From Candidatus Latescibacterota bacterium (GTDB lineage Bacteria; Latescibacterota; UBA2968; GCA-2709665), in assembly GCA_965219455.1 (NCBI GenBank), contig OZ244744.1:1632001-1696000 (forward strand): a stretch of 64,000 bases of DNA, in the 5' to 3' direction. The first letter of the stretch is position 1, and every line of letters begins with the position of its first letter. The notes beneath the pieces are model-generated. The model saw only the letters and a list, made by a program, of their open reading frames with translations, searched no databases and was not told where the DNA came from. The position numbers were made by a program, and so were the translations under genes. This document shows positions 37,278 through 47,170 of this stretch, piece by piece.

Positions 37278-37641
37278 TTCCCACGCGAGAAATCCCCTAT
37301 CGTTGCACCGTCCTATGGTCCGAACAATCCCGTCAGACTGGGATCCGCTCCACGAGGATGCTGGGTGAGCGCCGACGCCTTTGATCGTAGATCCGGGTAG
37401 TGCGGGATGCGCGTGCCCGGCCAGGTACTTGGCACCCCGGCGAGATGTACGGGCACCCGACAGGGTGAATGACATGCGAGATTCTGCCGGGTATGTATAT
37501 AAATACGGAAAAAGTAGACAAAAACGTAGAAAATTTTATGATTGCATGAAGAAGGCTTAATAGTTAAATTTCAAGTCCCGCGTTTCGCATTCCAGACGAA
37601 CTCGCATTGTAATTCGTCGTTTAGAGTCTTACAGTGTGACT

Positions 37642-39332
37642 TCTACGCAAAATGCGTAGATAATTATTCATGCTGCTTGTTTAGTTGTAGGGTGTTGATG
37701 GTAAAGGGTCAAAGACAAGGCGAGTATTTTGTGCCCTTCGGGTGTGACGCGCCACCGTCTGGACCGTGGGATTTTTGCAATAAGGCCGCGGACGTGTAGG
37801 CGTTTGAGGCGGCGGCTGGTGGCATTGGCGTGCCGAGTGCGTTGCAGCAGGGATGCTGGATGTTGGAAGAGGTGTGTTCGGATGTCCTGGTTGCGGAAGC
37901 CCATCAGGGCGTGTTCGCCTTTCAACACAGCGGTAAACAGGGCGAGGTCGGCAGGGTCGGCGGGGTTGAAGCCCCGATAGGTACGTCCCTTGTGCCTGCG
38001 TGGCCGCGCCAGTGTGGTGAGGCTTTGATGTCCGGTAGCGGCGTCAGGGGCTGCGGACAGCGCCTGAAAGTAGCGTTGGTTGGCCGTCAACGAGATTTCC
38101 CGATAGCGGTAGAGGTTGGCCACGCCTTTGGCCATGGGATACCAGCCCATCACGCGTTGTCCTCGCCGTATGCCCCAGCGGCGGACCTTGAACTGCCTTG
38201 GATGGTTGATCACTGTTTCGACGCGTAGTACGCACCCGTGTTTGTCGTACATTTTAATCCAGTTCTCGCACATCCGGTGTTTGACTCTTGCGCCTTTGTG
38301 GCGTTTGTTTTTGAAGTCCGTGAGGACTTCGCCCTGAAAATTGCCGTGGAGTTTGCGGCCCAGGAAGGTCAAGATGTCCTGGGGAGAGAAGCACAGCACC
38401 GTGTGTCTGAGCAGGTTTTCATACAGCACCTTCAGGGCGTGGGGGCTTTGGAACATCACGTCGGTGGCGAACTCGGCCTGGTCAACGACCCAGTAGTAGT
38501 CCTTGCCCGAAAGCAGGTCGTTGAGCAGGGGGTTGACCTTGCGGGCGAACGCCGAGAGAATGCGCGGCCAATTCTTGCCCACAAAACGATCGGCAAAGCG
38601 TTGCGCCCGGTCCACATCGGCAATCCATAGAAAAGCGTTGTCTGATTTTTCATAGGCGATGCCGTGTTGCTCGAGCTTGCGCGCCAAGAACTCGTGGCCA
38701 TTGAGACAGATCTGCACCACCAGCGGGAACCAGGACTGGATGCGGATATGCATCAACCCGAACTCCCGGTCAATCCAGTAAAAGTAGTAGCATAGGCATT
38801 TCCGTTGTGCGTTGATCAGGCGAGGCCTTCCTTCCCCTGGAACCAGCTTGAAACTCTGGCAGCCTTCCAGGGCCCGAAACACACAGACCAGGCCTTGCGT
38901 GATCCCATCGTGTTTTGCCAACCGTCGCGCTTCGTCCTCTTTCCTGATGGTGTTGCGTTGCAGATAGATGAACGGGCGCTCGTGCTTGTTTGCCATCGCC
39001 TCCGCGTGGGCTTTGATCGTATCGGAATGCGTCATCACAAAACGCTTGAAGTCCTTCAACAATAAACCCTGATTGCTGATGAACCGCTCCATCGCAGTTC
39101 CAAATCCCAGCGGCAGGTACCCTTTGAACAGAACCCGATCAAAACAGGATACCACTCCGGTGATTTTTTCACTACATTGGTCCACGAAGTCTTTCACGGC
39201 GTTCCTCCTTCCATTGATGGCGGTGGGTACCACCATCATAGGGGATGAATGCCGTTTTGCATACCCTAAAACTATCTGCTCTTGACTACCACCTATTTGG
39301 TTGCGGCTGAGCAAAGCGAAGCCGCGTTAGGG
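37642..39332 (-). mobile_element. Candidate TIR-less mobile element bounded by hairpins
   Basis: Single large ORF; hairpin TCTACGCA-AAA-TGCGTAGA just past the stop; hairpin GCGGCT-N11-AGCCGC upstream; boundaries approximate. Confidence 0.5.
37668..39197 (-). CDS. 509-aa basic protein with Rep_trans-like motifs and a C-terminal winged HTH; putative transposase
   Basis: RBS AAGGAGG then GTG 39197; QAEFATD, WIKMYDK, LRVE; wHTH-like SRRLKRLHVRGLIAKIPRSRRWRVTPEG. Confidence 0.75.
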   Translation of the reverse strand: MKDFVDQCSEKITGVVSCFDRVLFKGYLPLGFGTAMERFISNQGLLLKDFKRFVMTHSDTIKAHAEAMANKHERPFIYLQRNTIRKEDEARRLAKHDGITQGLVCVFRALEGCQSFKLVPGEGRPRLINAQRKCLCYYFYWIDREFGLMHIRIQSWFPLVVQICLNGHEFLARKLEQHGIAYEKSDNAFLWIADVDRAQRFADRFVGKNWPRILSAFARKVNPLLNDLLSGKDYYWVVDQAEFATDVMFQSPHALKVLYENLLRHTVLCFSPQDILTFLGRKLHGNFQGEVLTDFKNKRHKGARVKHRMCENWIKMYDKHGCVLRVETVINHPRQFKVRRWGIRRGQRVMGWYPMAKGVANLYRYREISLTANQRYFQALSAAPDAATGHQSLTTLARPRRHKGRTYRGFNPADPADLALFTAVLKGEHALMGFRNQDIRTHLFQHPASLLQRTRHANATSRRLKRLHVRGLIAKIPRSRRWRVTPEGHKILALSLTLYHQHPTTKQAA

Positions 39333-39811
39333 ACTATCCCGCCACTTAAAGAGACCGTTGGTTCCCTGACCGGCCCGAGTCGAAAACCGACGGTGTTCCA
39401 GGAAGGCCTACACTCGTTTTGTCACATTAAATGCGGCGGTCCAGGAAAGAGCGCCCCGAGACACGAACCGGCGGCTCGAATTGCTCGTGACGGAAAACGA
39501 CCGGGACGTCTGTACGAGGCTCCCGAACAAGATCAAGCGGAAGTCAAAAACATGGCACGCAGAAACGGCCCGGAGAGGTCTCCGGGCTTTCCAATCCTTC
39601 AACTCAATGCCCGTGAATCTGCGCGGCGCAACAAAAAGCCGCCTGATTCATGTCCAATTGAGGCAAAACCCATCTGACCATTCACCTATCGACGGACAAA
39701 CCGAAGGTCGCGGAAGGCCGCTTTTCGGGACCGAGTGGGCAGCACTATGTCCGGCTCGTCGTCTGGAACACGCACGCGGCGGCGGCAGACCGCCATAAAA
39801 TGAGGTTAAAC

Positions 39812-41044
39812 ATGATCTGCAGAGTCATATTGTCGGCGGCCGTCTTTGGCTTGCTCGGTTGCGTCGGATCGAGACAAGGCGTAAAACCTCCGACGCCCGA
39901 ATCCAAGTCATCGTTTATTCCCGACGAACGATTAAGAGCGGTTGTTCGGGATTCACTTGGCAAGCGGGACGGTAAGCCGATCTCGGTGGCCGACATGGCA
40001 AGATTGACGCACCTGACAGCGCAGCGTGACAGTATCGTCTATCTGAACGGGCTCGAGCATGCGAAAAACCTGATGTCGCTGAATCTGGACGACAACGACA
40101 TCATTGACCTGTCCCCCCTGTCCGGGCTGACGAATGTGAAAAGGCTGCGTCTTGAAGGCAACCGCATCAGCGATATAGAGCCTCTGTCCGAGTTGAAAAC
40201 CCTCGAAAGGCTGTACCTGGGTGATAACGGCATCAGTGACGTATCGCCCGTGTCCGGGCTGACCAAACTGACACGGCTGCGTCTTGAGGGCAATGGCATC
40301 AGCGATATAGAGCCTCTGTCCTCACTGAAGAATTTGAAGGAACTGGATCTCGACAATAACGGGATCAGCGACCTGTCTCCGCTGTCCGGGCTGGCCAATC
40401 TGACAGGGCTGCGCCTCGAGGGCAACGGCATCAGTGACTTGAAGCCCTTGTCCGGGCTAAAAAACCTGAAAGAACTGGATCTTGACGGCAACGGGATCAG
40501 CGACCTGGAGCCTCTGTCGGGACTAACCAACCTGGCGGGGCTGCGTCTCGACAGCAACGGCATCAGTGACCTGAAGCCTCTGTCCGGGTTGAAGAATCTG
40601 AAAGAACTGGACCTGGATAGAAACGGCATCAGTGACCTCGCGCCGCTGTCGGGATTGACTAATCTGACACGGCTGTACGTTGACAGGAACGGCATCAGCG
40701 GCTTGGGGCCATTGTCTGGCTTAAAGCAACTGAAGAGGCTATATCTCGGACATAACGGTATAACAGACCTAACGCCCCTTTCCGGGCTGTCCAATCTCGG
40801 GCACCTGTACCTCAACAATAACGCCATCAGCGACGTAAAGTCTCTGCGTGGGCTGGTTAACCTGGAAACCCTGAATCTTGGCCAAAACCGCGTCATGGAC
40901 ATATCCGCCCTTACCGGGCTCAACAACCTGGAGAGGCTGTTTGTCCGCGGCAATCCCCTCTCAGGGGAGTCCATACAGACGCACATTCCTGAATTTCGAA
41001 AGCGGGGCGTGCGGGTGTCCTGGGAAGGTGCGAAGGCGGAATGA
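39812..41044 (+). CDS. Internalin-type leucine-rich-repeat lipoprotein
   Basis: Lipobox LLGC; IPDERLRAVVR cap; about 14 x 22-aa LxxLxLxxNxISDLxPLxxLxx repeats. Confidence 0.92.
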   Translation: MICRVILSAAVFGLLGCVGSRQGVKPPTPESKSSFIPDERLRAVVRDSLGKRDGKPISVADMARLTHLTAQRDSIVYLNGLEHAKNLMSLNLDDNDIIDLSPLSGLTNVKRLRLEGNRISDIEPLSELKTLERLYLGDNGISDVSPVSGLTKLTRLRLEGNGISDIEPLSSLKNLKELDLDNNGISDLSPLSGLANLTGLRLEGNGISDLKPLSGLKNLKELDLDGNGISDLEPLSGLTNLAGLRLDSNGISDLKPLSGLKNLKELDLDRNGISDLAPLSGLTNLTRLYVDRNGISGLGPLSGLKQLKRLYLGHNGITDLTPLSGLSNLGHLYLNNNAISDVKSLRGLVNLETLNLGQNRVMDISALTGLNNLERLFVRGNPLSGESIQTHIPEFRKRGVRVSWEGAKAE

Positions 41045-41236
41045 CTGGAGGGGCGGGGCGGTGTTAGATGCGTAGGCCAGGGCGGCGTCAGGAAAGCGTA
41101 CGAGTTTGGCGGCGCCCTTGTTACGTACGCATGCGTTTTGTCCGGTGGCGTTCCGACCGGTGAAGTTCAAAACCACGTTGGGCGCCGGCATCGATTCACC
41201 CGCGAATACGACAAGCCAATAGAGAAAGTGCAAAGT

Positions 41237-43354
41237 ATGTCGAATCCAATTCCAAAGATTCTGATTGTAGAACACGACCCGACCCTGGCAAGGGATTTGG
41301 GGGAATGCCTGAAGAATATGGGATACACAATATCCGCGACGGTTGAGGGCTCGCGCGAGGCTGTCGAAATCGCCGCGAACGCCCGACCCGACCTGGCGCT
41401 GGTCAATCTCGGGCTTGTCGGGGACCAAACCGGTCCTGAAATCGCCAAACTGCTTGGCGGCCGGCACGATGTTCCCGTCGTGTACCTGACTGACACCACC
41501 CGGGGAGACCTGTTTGAACGCGCGCAGGTAACGAATCCGTACGGATACGTGCTTAAGCCTTTCGACGCTGGGCAACTCCACCTGAACATCCAGACCGCAG
41601 TCCTCCTGCACGAGAGGGAACACAAACACCGAGAGACTCGAATCGGTCTGGAACGAACCATCGGTGAATCGAAACATCATGCTGAACTCATGGAGACCGT
41701 CTTCAACAGCATGAGTGAGGGCGTGTTTGCCATCAACGAAGACGGTACGGTTCTATTTCATAATTCGAGCGGGCTACGCATCGCCGGCGACCATTCCCTG
41801 GAAAAAGATATCGCCAGGTGGCCCGAAAAATACGGGGTCTTTCAGCCCGACGGACAAACCATCCTGAGCGAGGATCTGAATCCGCTGGTGCTTGCCTTCA
41901 GAGGCGAGTCCACCGAAGAAACCGAGTTGCTGATTCGCAACGAGTTGAAGCCCGAGGGCGTCCACGTCAGCGTCAGCGCCAGACCCCTGTTGGCAAGAGC
42001 AGAATCTCCCGGTGGGGCCGTGGTCGTCATCCGTAACGTCACCAAGCTGAAGCAAGCAGAAGCCGAGTTGGAACCGACATTTGTGCAACTGCAGGAACAG
42101 GCGCAATTGATGGAGACCATTCTCAATAGCATAAGTGACGGCATCATCGTCGCGGATACCGCGGGGAAGTTCCTCTACGTTAACCCCGGTGCACGACAGA
42201 TCTTCGGAATGGACATAAAGGACGGACTTCAGTACGAGTGTTCTGAAAAATACGGCGTGTACTATCCGGATAGGAAAACATCCATGAAGAAGGAGGACCT
42301 CCCGCTCATGCGGGCCATACTCCGCGGCGAATCCACGGATGAGGAGGATGTGTTCATACGGAACCAGAAAAAGCAGGACGGTGTCTACATCCGGATGAGC
42401 GGACGACCCCTTCTCGACAATATGGGCGAAATCAGAGGAGGCGTGGTTATCTTCCGCGATGTTACCGAGCGGGTGCTCGCCGAGGAGGCATTGGCGAGGG
42501 CGTTCGACCAGGGTCGGCTGGAGATGGTCGATACCATTCTCCACAACATCGGCAACGCAATGAACAGCGTCACGACGGGAATCGAGACCGTCCGCCGCAA
42601 TTTGACTAATGACCGCGCCGGTCGCCGTCTCTTCGCACTCGCTTCCGCGATAAACGAGCGCCGGAACGATTGGGTCGACTACATCGCAAACGACCCGCAG
42701 GGTCGGAAGGTGATGCCGTTTATCATAAAGGTGGCGGAAGATTTTGGCCGTCGGAACGACGAACTGATGAAAACAGTTGGACGCGTCAGGGATCGTGCCA
42801 ATCGTATCGCCGATATTATCCGCACACAAAAGGCCCTCGAGGGCTCCGATATGGATCGCAAGGATATCGACCTCTACGATGCACTCTCGGGAGCTTTCAG
42901 AGTGTTGAGAGATTCGCTCAACAAGAGGGGGATCCAGACCGCCGTCGACTGCGGGAACGCACCGCAGGAGATTCGCGTCCGTGAGAGCCAGTTTCACCAG
43001 ATGCTGGTCAACCTGGTCAAGAATTCGATCGAAGCCATCGACGAACATGCCGTTTTGTTCGGACTACAGGAAGCGCCCCACATCAGGATAAGCGCCTGCG
43101 CCGCGGAAGGCTTCCTTAACCTTGAGGTAATCGACAACGGCATCGGTATCGAGAACAAAGACACCCGGATGCTTTTTACCGCAGGATTTACGACGAAAAA
43201 ATCGGGGAGCGGTCTCGGCCTCCATTCGGCCGCCAACTTCGTCATTGCGTCCGGTGGACGAATCGAACCGTCCAGTGAAGGCAAGGGCAGTGGAACGACC
43301 ATGTGCGTGATGCTGCCGCTTTCTGCAGTGGCCCCGCACGTGGAAGCAATATAG
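41237..43354 (+). CDS. Cytoplasmic signalling kinase: atypical REC + 2 PAS + histidine kinase
   Basis: KILIVEHD..PDLALVN..GYVLKPF; two PAS repeats (ETVFNSMSEGV, ETILNSISDGI); ILHNIGN, DNGIG, FTTKKSGSGLGLH. Confidence 0.88.
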   Translation: MSNPIPKILIVEHDPTLARDLGECLKNMGYTISATVEGSREAVEIAANARPDLALVNLGLVGDQTGPEIAKLLGGRHDVPVVYLTDTTRGDLFERAQVTNPYGYVLKPFDAGQLHLNIQTAVLLHEREHKHRETRIGLERTIGESKHHAELMETVFNSMSEGVFAINEDGTVLFHNSSGLRIAGDHSLEKDIARWPEKYGVFQPDGQTILSEDLNPLVLAFRGESTEETELLIRNELKPEGVHVSVSARPLLARAESPGGAVVVIRNVTKLKQAEAELEPTFVQLQEQAQLMETILNSISDGIIVADTAGKFLYVNPGARQIFGMDIKDGLQYECSEKYGVYYPDRKTSMKKEDLPLMRAILRGESTDEEDVFIRNQKKQDGVYIRMSGRPLLDNMGEIRGGVVIFRDVTERVLAEEALARAFDQGRLEMVDTILHNIGNAMNSVTTGIETVRRNLTNDRAGRRLFALASAINERRNDWVDYIANDPQGRKVMPFIIKVAEDFGRRNDELMKTVGRVRDRANRIADIIRTQKALEGSDMDRKDIDLYDALSGAFRVLRDSLNKRGIQTAVDCGNAPQEIRVRESQFHQMLVNLVKNSIEAIDEHAVLFGLQEAPHIRISACAAEGFLNLEVIDNGIGIENKDTRMLFTAGFTTKKSGSGLGLHSAANFVIASGGRIEPSSEGKGSGTTMCVMLPLSAVAPHVEAI

Positions 43355-43591
43355 CCGCCATATAAACGGCCCCGTACGCTCATATCCGTCCTATGTCGAA
43401 CGACTGCCCATTCCGGCCATTCCCACAGGATTGGGAGTTTGAAGACGATTTTCCACCGGGTTCTCCCGTGGAAGCGGTATTGGCGTGCGCACCCGGAGGT
43501 CTTCTTCCCCCGGATTCGAGTGGCTCCAGCACCGGCCGCTGGACAACGTTGGTTCGCAATCAGATTTGGAGACGGAAACCCCCCCCGTGGC

Positions 43592-43625
43592 GTTGCAAAT
43601 AGCGACTTTAGTTGCAAAATGCTAC
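43592..43625. promoter_or_regulatory. Tandem palindromic putative bEBP sites
   Basis: GTTGCAAATAGCGAC and GTTGCAAAATGCTAC; perfect version GTGTCGCAAATTGCGACAC at 46006-46024. Confidence 0.55.
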
Positions 43626-43823
43626 ATCCAGTGGACATATTCCGGTAGCGATTCTCATAAATCGTTTTCAAACAGCTATCTATGGCCTATTTGTCATCGT
43701 TGACACACCGTCATTGCGACGATCTTCGGCGACGCATTTTACAGCATTCGAAAGATTGGCCCGAAATCGCCGGTATATTCTAACTCCATAAATTTCATTA
43801 GTTTAGTCGTTTTCGGGAATAGT

Positions 43824-43839
43824 TGGCACAGATTGTGCA
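43824..43839 (+). promoter_or_regulatory. Sigma54 (-24/-12) promoter
   Basis: TGGCACAGATTGTGCA (GG-N10-GC), preceded by an AT-rich tract. Confidence 0.65.
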
Positions 43840-43919
43840 TTAAACCACGAAGGGCAGGATGTGACATGAGTGTACCTTTTTCAGGTAACTTGTCAACCGG
43901 CAGGGGACGAAGGTGGTCG

Positions 43920-45809
43920 ATGGAACCCTTTAATCATGGAAACAATCGCGTTCTGATCGTCGATGATCAGCCCGAGATACACGACGACTTTGTGGAAATG
44001 CTCTGTGCCAATATCGCGATACCCTCGGCTGACGATCTGGCGGCTGCGTTCGTGCGGGAGCAGAAAGGCAGTTATCTCCCGGAGTTCGAGTTGCTTCACG
44101 CGAGCAACGGGCAGGAAGCATTCGACATCATCCGGGCGGGAGGGGAATCGAATAAGCCTGTTGCCGTGGCATACATTGACATCAGAATGCCACCGGGAAT
44201 CGACGGAATCGAGACTGTGCGCCGCGTGAGGGAAATCGATCGCGACATCGAAATCGTCATTATGACAGCGTACACCGATATGTCGTTGCCCGAAATCGTC
44301 TACGAAATGGATTTATTGCACAAACTGCTGTATATAAGAAAGCCTTTTACCCACGAGGAAATTCAGCAGATTACACTCTCCCTCGTGGGAAAGTGGAACG
44401 TCGAACAGGAGTTGGCGGAAAAAGGGCGACAACTCGCCGCCAGTCACGGCAGACTGGAAGCGGTGCTCAACGCGACCGGCGACGCCATTGTGATGCACGA
44501 CGCTGCCGGACGCCTTGTTTTCGCCAACGAGATATTCGAGAAACTGATGGGTCTGCAGGGAATCGACATGGCGGGTATTCGGCCGGGCGATCTCGCGGCA
44601 CGTTTCAAGAAGCGGTTTCGGAAACCCGACCTTAGCCACATGGAGAGCAGGTTTCTCCACGACGGCGGCGACGTGGTGGAAACAACCGGCGCCGGCGGGC
44701 TGCAGAAGCAACAGCTGTTCTACCGTTCAACCGCACCCGTGAGCGACGAACGGGGACATGTAATCGGCAACCTCGTCTTATATCGGGACGTGTCGCGGGA
44801 AATCGATGCCGCGCAAATGAAGGCCGAGGTACTACGCCTGCGCACCGAATTGGAAACGACTTATTCCTTTGCCGGGATGGTTGGCACCAGCAGAGGAATT
44901 CAGCGGGTGTACGCGCTTATGAAACAGGCCGCCGAAAGCGACATTACGGTGCTGATCCGGGGCGAAAGCGGCACCGGCAAGGAACTGGTGGCCAGGTCGT
45001 TTCACTTCAACAGTTCGCGAAAAAAGGGCCCGTTCGTGGCCCTCGATTGCGCCACCATACCCGAAACGCTCATGGAGAGCGAGTTATTCGGGCACGAAAA
45101 AGGAACTTTCACCGGCGCAACCACACGGAGAATCGGGGCCTTCGAGCGCGCGGACGGAGGCACGATTCTCATCGACGAAATCGGCGACCTGCCGTATGCC
45201 CTTCAGGGCAAGCTGTTGCGCATTCTGCAGGAGCGGGAAGTCCAGCGGATCGGTGGAACAGCCCCCATACCCGTCGACATCCGTGTGATCGCGGCAACCA
45301 ACAAGGACCTGGACCGCGCCGTAAAGTCCGGCGAGTTCCGTGAAGATCTGTTCTATCGCGTTGCGGCCTTTCCCATTATGATTCCGCCGCTCAGGGACCG
45401 GCGAGAGGATATTCCCGTGCTTGCCGAACACTTCCTCGAGAAATACACGAAACGCCTTAACAAACCCATTAAAGGCATTTCCGGCGCCGCTCTGCGCCTG
45501 TTGCTACAGTTCGACTGGCCGGGAAACGTACGCGAACTGGAAAACGCCATCGAACGCGCCGTGCTGTTGGAGGCGTCATCGGTGATTCAGGCGAGCAATC
45601 TGCCGCCACAACTGTCTCCGGCCATTGCGTCCGGACGGGACCGCGCCGCGCCGACGGCGGTTCTTCCTCTCGCCGAGGTGGAACGACAGGCCCTGCTCCT
45701 CGCACTTGAAGCCTCTGGCGACAACGTTACGCGTGCCGCGCATGCGCTGGGCATCCATCGGGCGACTTTGCACCGCAAACTGAAGAAATACAATTTTGAC
45801 AGAGATTGA
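43920..45809 (+). CDS. Sigma54-dependent regulator (REC-PAS-AAA+-HTH)
   Basis: [56 protein letters not shown]; start may be upstream (about 43866). Confidence 0.93.
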   Translation: MEPFNHGNNRVLIVDDQPEIHDDFVEMLCANIAIPSADDLAAAFVREQKGSYLPEFELLHASNGQEAFDIIRAGGESNKPVAVAYIDIRMPPGIDGIETVRRVREIDRDIEIVIMTAYTDMSLPEIVYEMDLLHKLLYIRKPFTHEEIQQITLSLVGKWNVEQELAEKGRQLAASHGRLEAVLNATGDAIVMHDAAGRLVFANEIFEKLMGLQGIDMAGIRPGDLAARFKKRFRKPDLSHMESRFLHDGGDVVETTGAGGLQKQQLFYRSTAPVSDERGHVIGNLVLYRDVSREIDAAQMKAEVLRLRTELETTYSFAGMVGTSRGIQRVYALMKQAAESDITVLIRGESGTGKELVARSFHFNSSRKKGPFVALDCATIPETLMESELFGHEKGTFTGATTRRIGAFERADGGTILIDEIGDLPYALQGKLLRILQEREVQRIGGTAPIPVDIRVIAATNKDLDRAVKSGEFREDLFYRVAAFPIMIPPLRDRREDIPVLAEHFLEKYTKRLNKPIKGISGAALRLLLQFDWPGNVRELENAIERAVLLEASSVIQASNLPPQLSPAIASGRDRAAPTAVLPLAEVERQALLLALEASGDNVTRAAHALGIHRATLHRKLKKYNFDRD

Positions 45810-46051
45810 ACCCCAGCCGGCATCCGGGCTGGGAGGCCTCCTCACGATGCTGTCGTTGGCATCACCCCTTCGACACAGAATCTGGCTCTCTCCCCTCTCA
45901 GCCCGGTACCCTGCGCGTCTCCCGTTCCCCGCGCTTCCTTACAGGGACCGGGCAAAACCGCCCCTTACGACGTCGCTGTTGTCATTTCTCTTAAACACAC
46001 GCCAAGTGTCGCAAATTGCGACACCTCTCACACGTTTTCTGACGGTCGATC

Positions 46052-46792
46052 CTACGGCTTTCTCGCCACGAAAAACATCCTGCCCGAACAATCAGGCGCA
46101 CCCTCCAGGATCGCGCCCTTCCCGTCGAACGTCCGTATCTCTTCGAGACCAGCCCTCCGGAGCCGTTCCACGATGTCGCCTTCCGGGTACCAGCGCTGCA
46201 GAAGGGTAACGTCGGTCCGCTTCCAGCCTGTCCCCTCCGACTCGAACACGGTCATGTCCATCCTTCCGATCTTTTCCTCTTCATCCCTCGACGATCGCGC
46301 CACGCACACGTGATCGTCCTCCACAATTCCGAAGCTGCCGCGCCATCGTGACACGTAGGCCTCTTCCATGTTGAGGTCGAATTCGAAGTGTCCGCCGTCT
46401 TCCAGGACGGCGTGCACGTTTCGAAAAACCTGCTCCAGTTCGTCCAGGCTCATCACGTGGTTGAGGCTGTCGAAGGTTGAGAACACCGCCGAAAATTGAC
46501 GGTTCAGGGAGATACTCCGGGCGTCCTGCACGAAGAACGCCACGTCCGGCGCGTTTCTCCTGGCAATCTCAATCATCCCCTCGGACCCATCCACGCCCGT
46601 GGTGGCGAATCCCTTATCGGTAAGCACAGCGGCAAGCTGTCCGGTACCGCAGCAAAGATCGAGAACGGCGCAGCCCGGCGGGAGATGTCGCAGGACCAGA
46701 TGGTCGAGAATCGGGTATATTTTCTCTGCAAAATAACCCCAATGCCTGTTGTAGATGCCGGCAAAGGGGTCGTATGTGTCGAAACGTTCCAT
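46052..46792 (-). CDS. Class I SAM-dependent methyltransferase
   Basis: VLDLCCGTG, GVDGSEGMI, FDSLNH. Confidence 0.9.
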   Translation of the reverse strand: MERFDTYDPFAGIYNRHWGYFAEKIYPILDHLVLRHLPPGCAVLDLCCGTGQLAAVLTDKGFATTGVDGSEGMIEIARRNAPDVAFFVQDARSISLNRQFSAVFSTFDSLNHVMSLDELEQVFRNVHAVLEDGGHFEFDLNMEEAYVSRWRGSFGIVEDDHVCVARSSRDEEEKIGRMDMTVFESEGTGWKRTDVTLLQRWYPEGDIVERLRRAGLEEIRTFDGKGAILEGAPDCSGRMFFVARKP

Positions 46793-47170
46793 GCCGGATT
46801 TTCCTCTCGGCGATGCGGCCTTCTGATTGGGATTTATACCCAAGAGTCAATTCTTGCCCGGTTTATGCAAGTATTGAAATGCAGCAACAATCCGGGATTG
46901 TACCCATCTTGGTAGAAATAGAAAAGGCTCCGATGTAAATTGGATACGGTTAACTCGTGGAAGAAAACTGTATCCTCATACGAAAGGAGCCTATGATAAA
47001 CAAAGTATCATCGAACGCCCGTGAAGTCAAGTGAAATACGGATGAAATTCGACTCGGCGCGGTGTTGCGGGTCTCGCCGTGGAATTGAACGCCGAAACCA
47101 GCGGAGCGTGCAACCGGAAGGACGCGGATTGGCCCGCTTTGTGCAGGAACGGGAGGAATCCAGGGCTGAT

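Noticed and set aside
37272-37475. Possible IS5-type transposase remnant
   Set aside because: Resemblance is too weak to support without a search.
40039-40986. 315-aa Ser/Arg-rich repetitive ORF on the minus strand
   Set aside because: Antisense shadow of the LRR gene.
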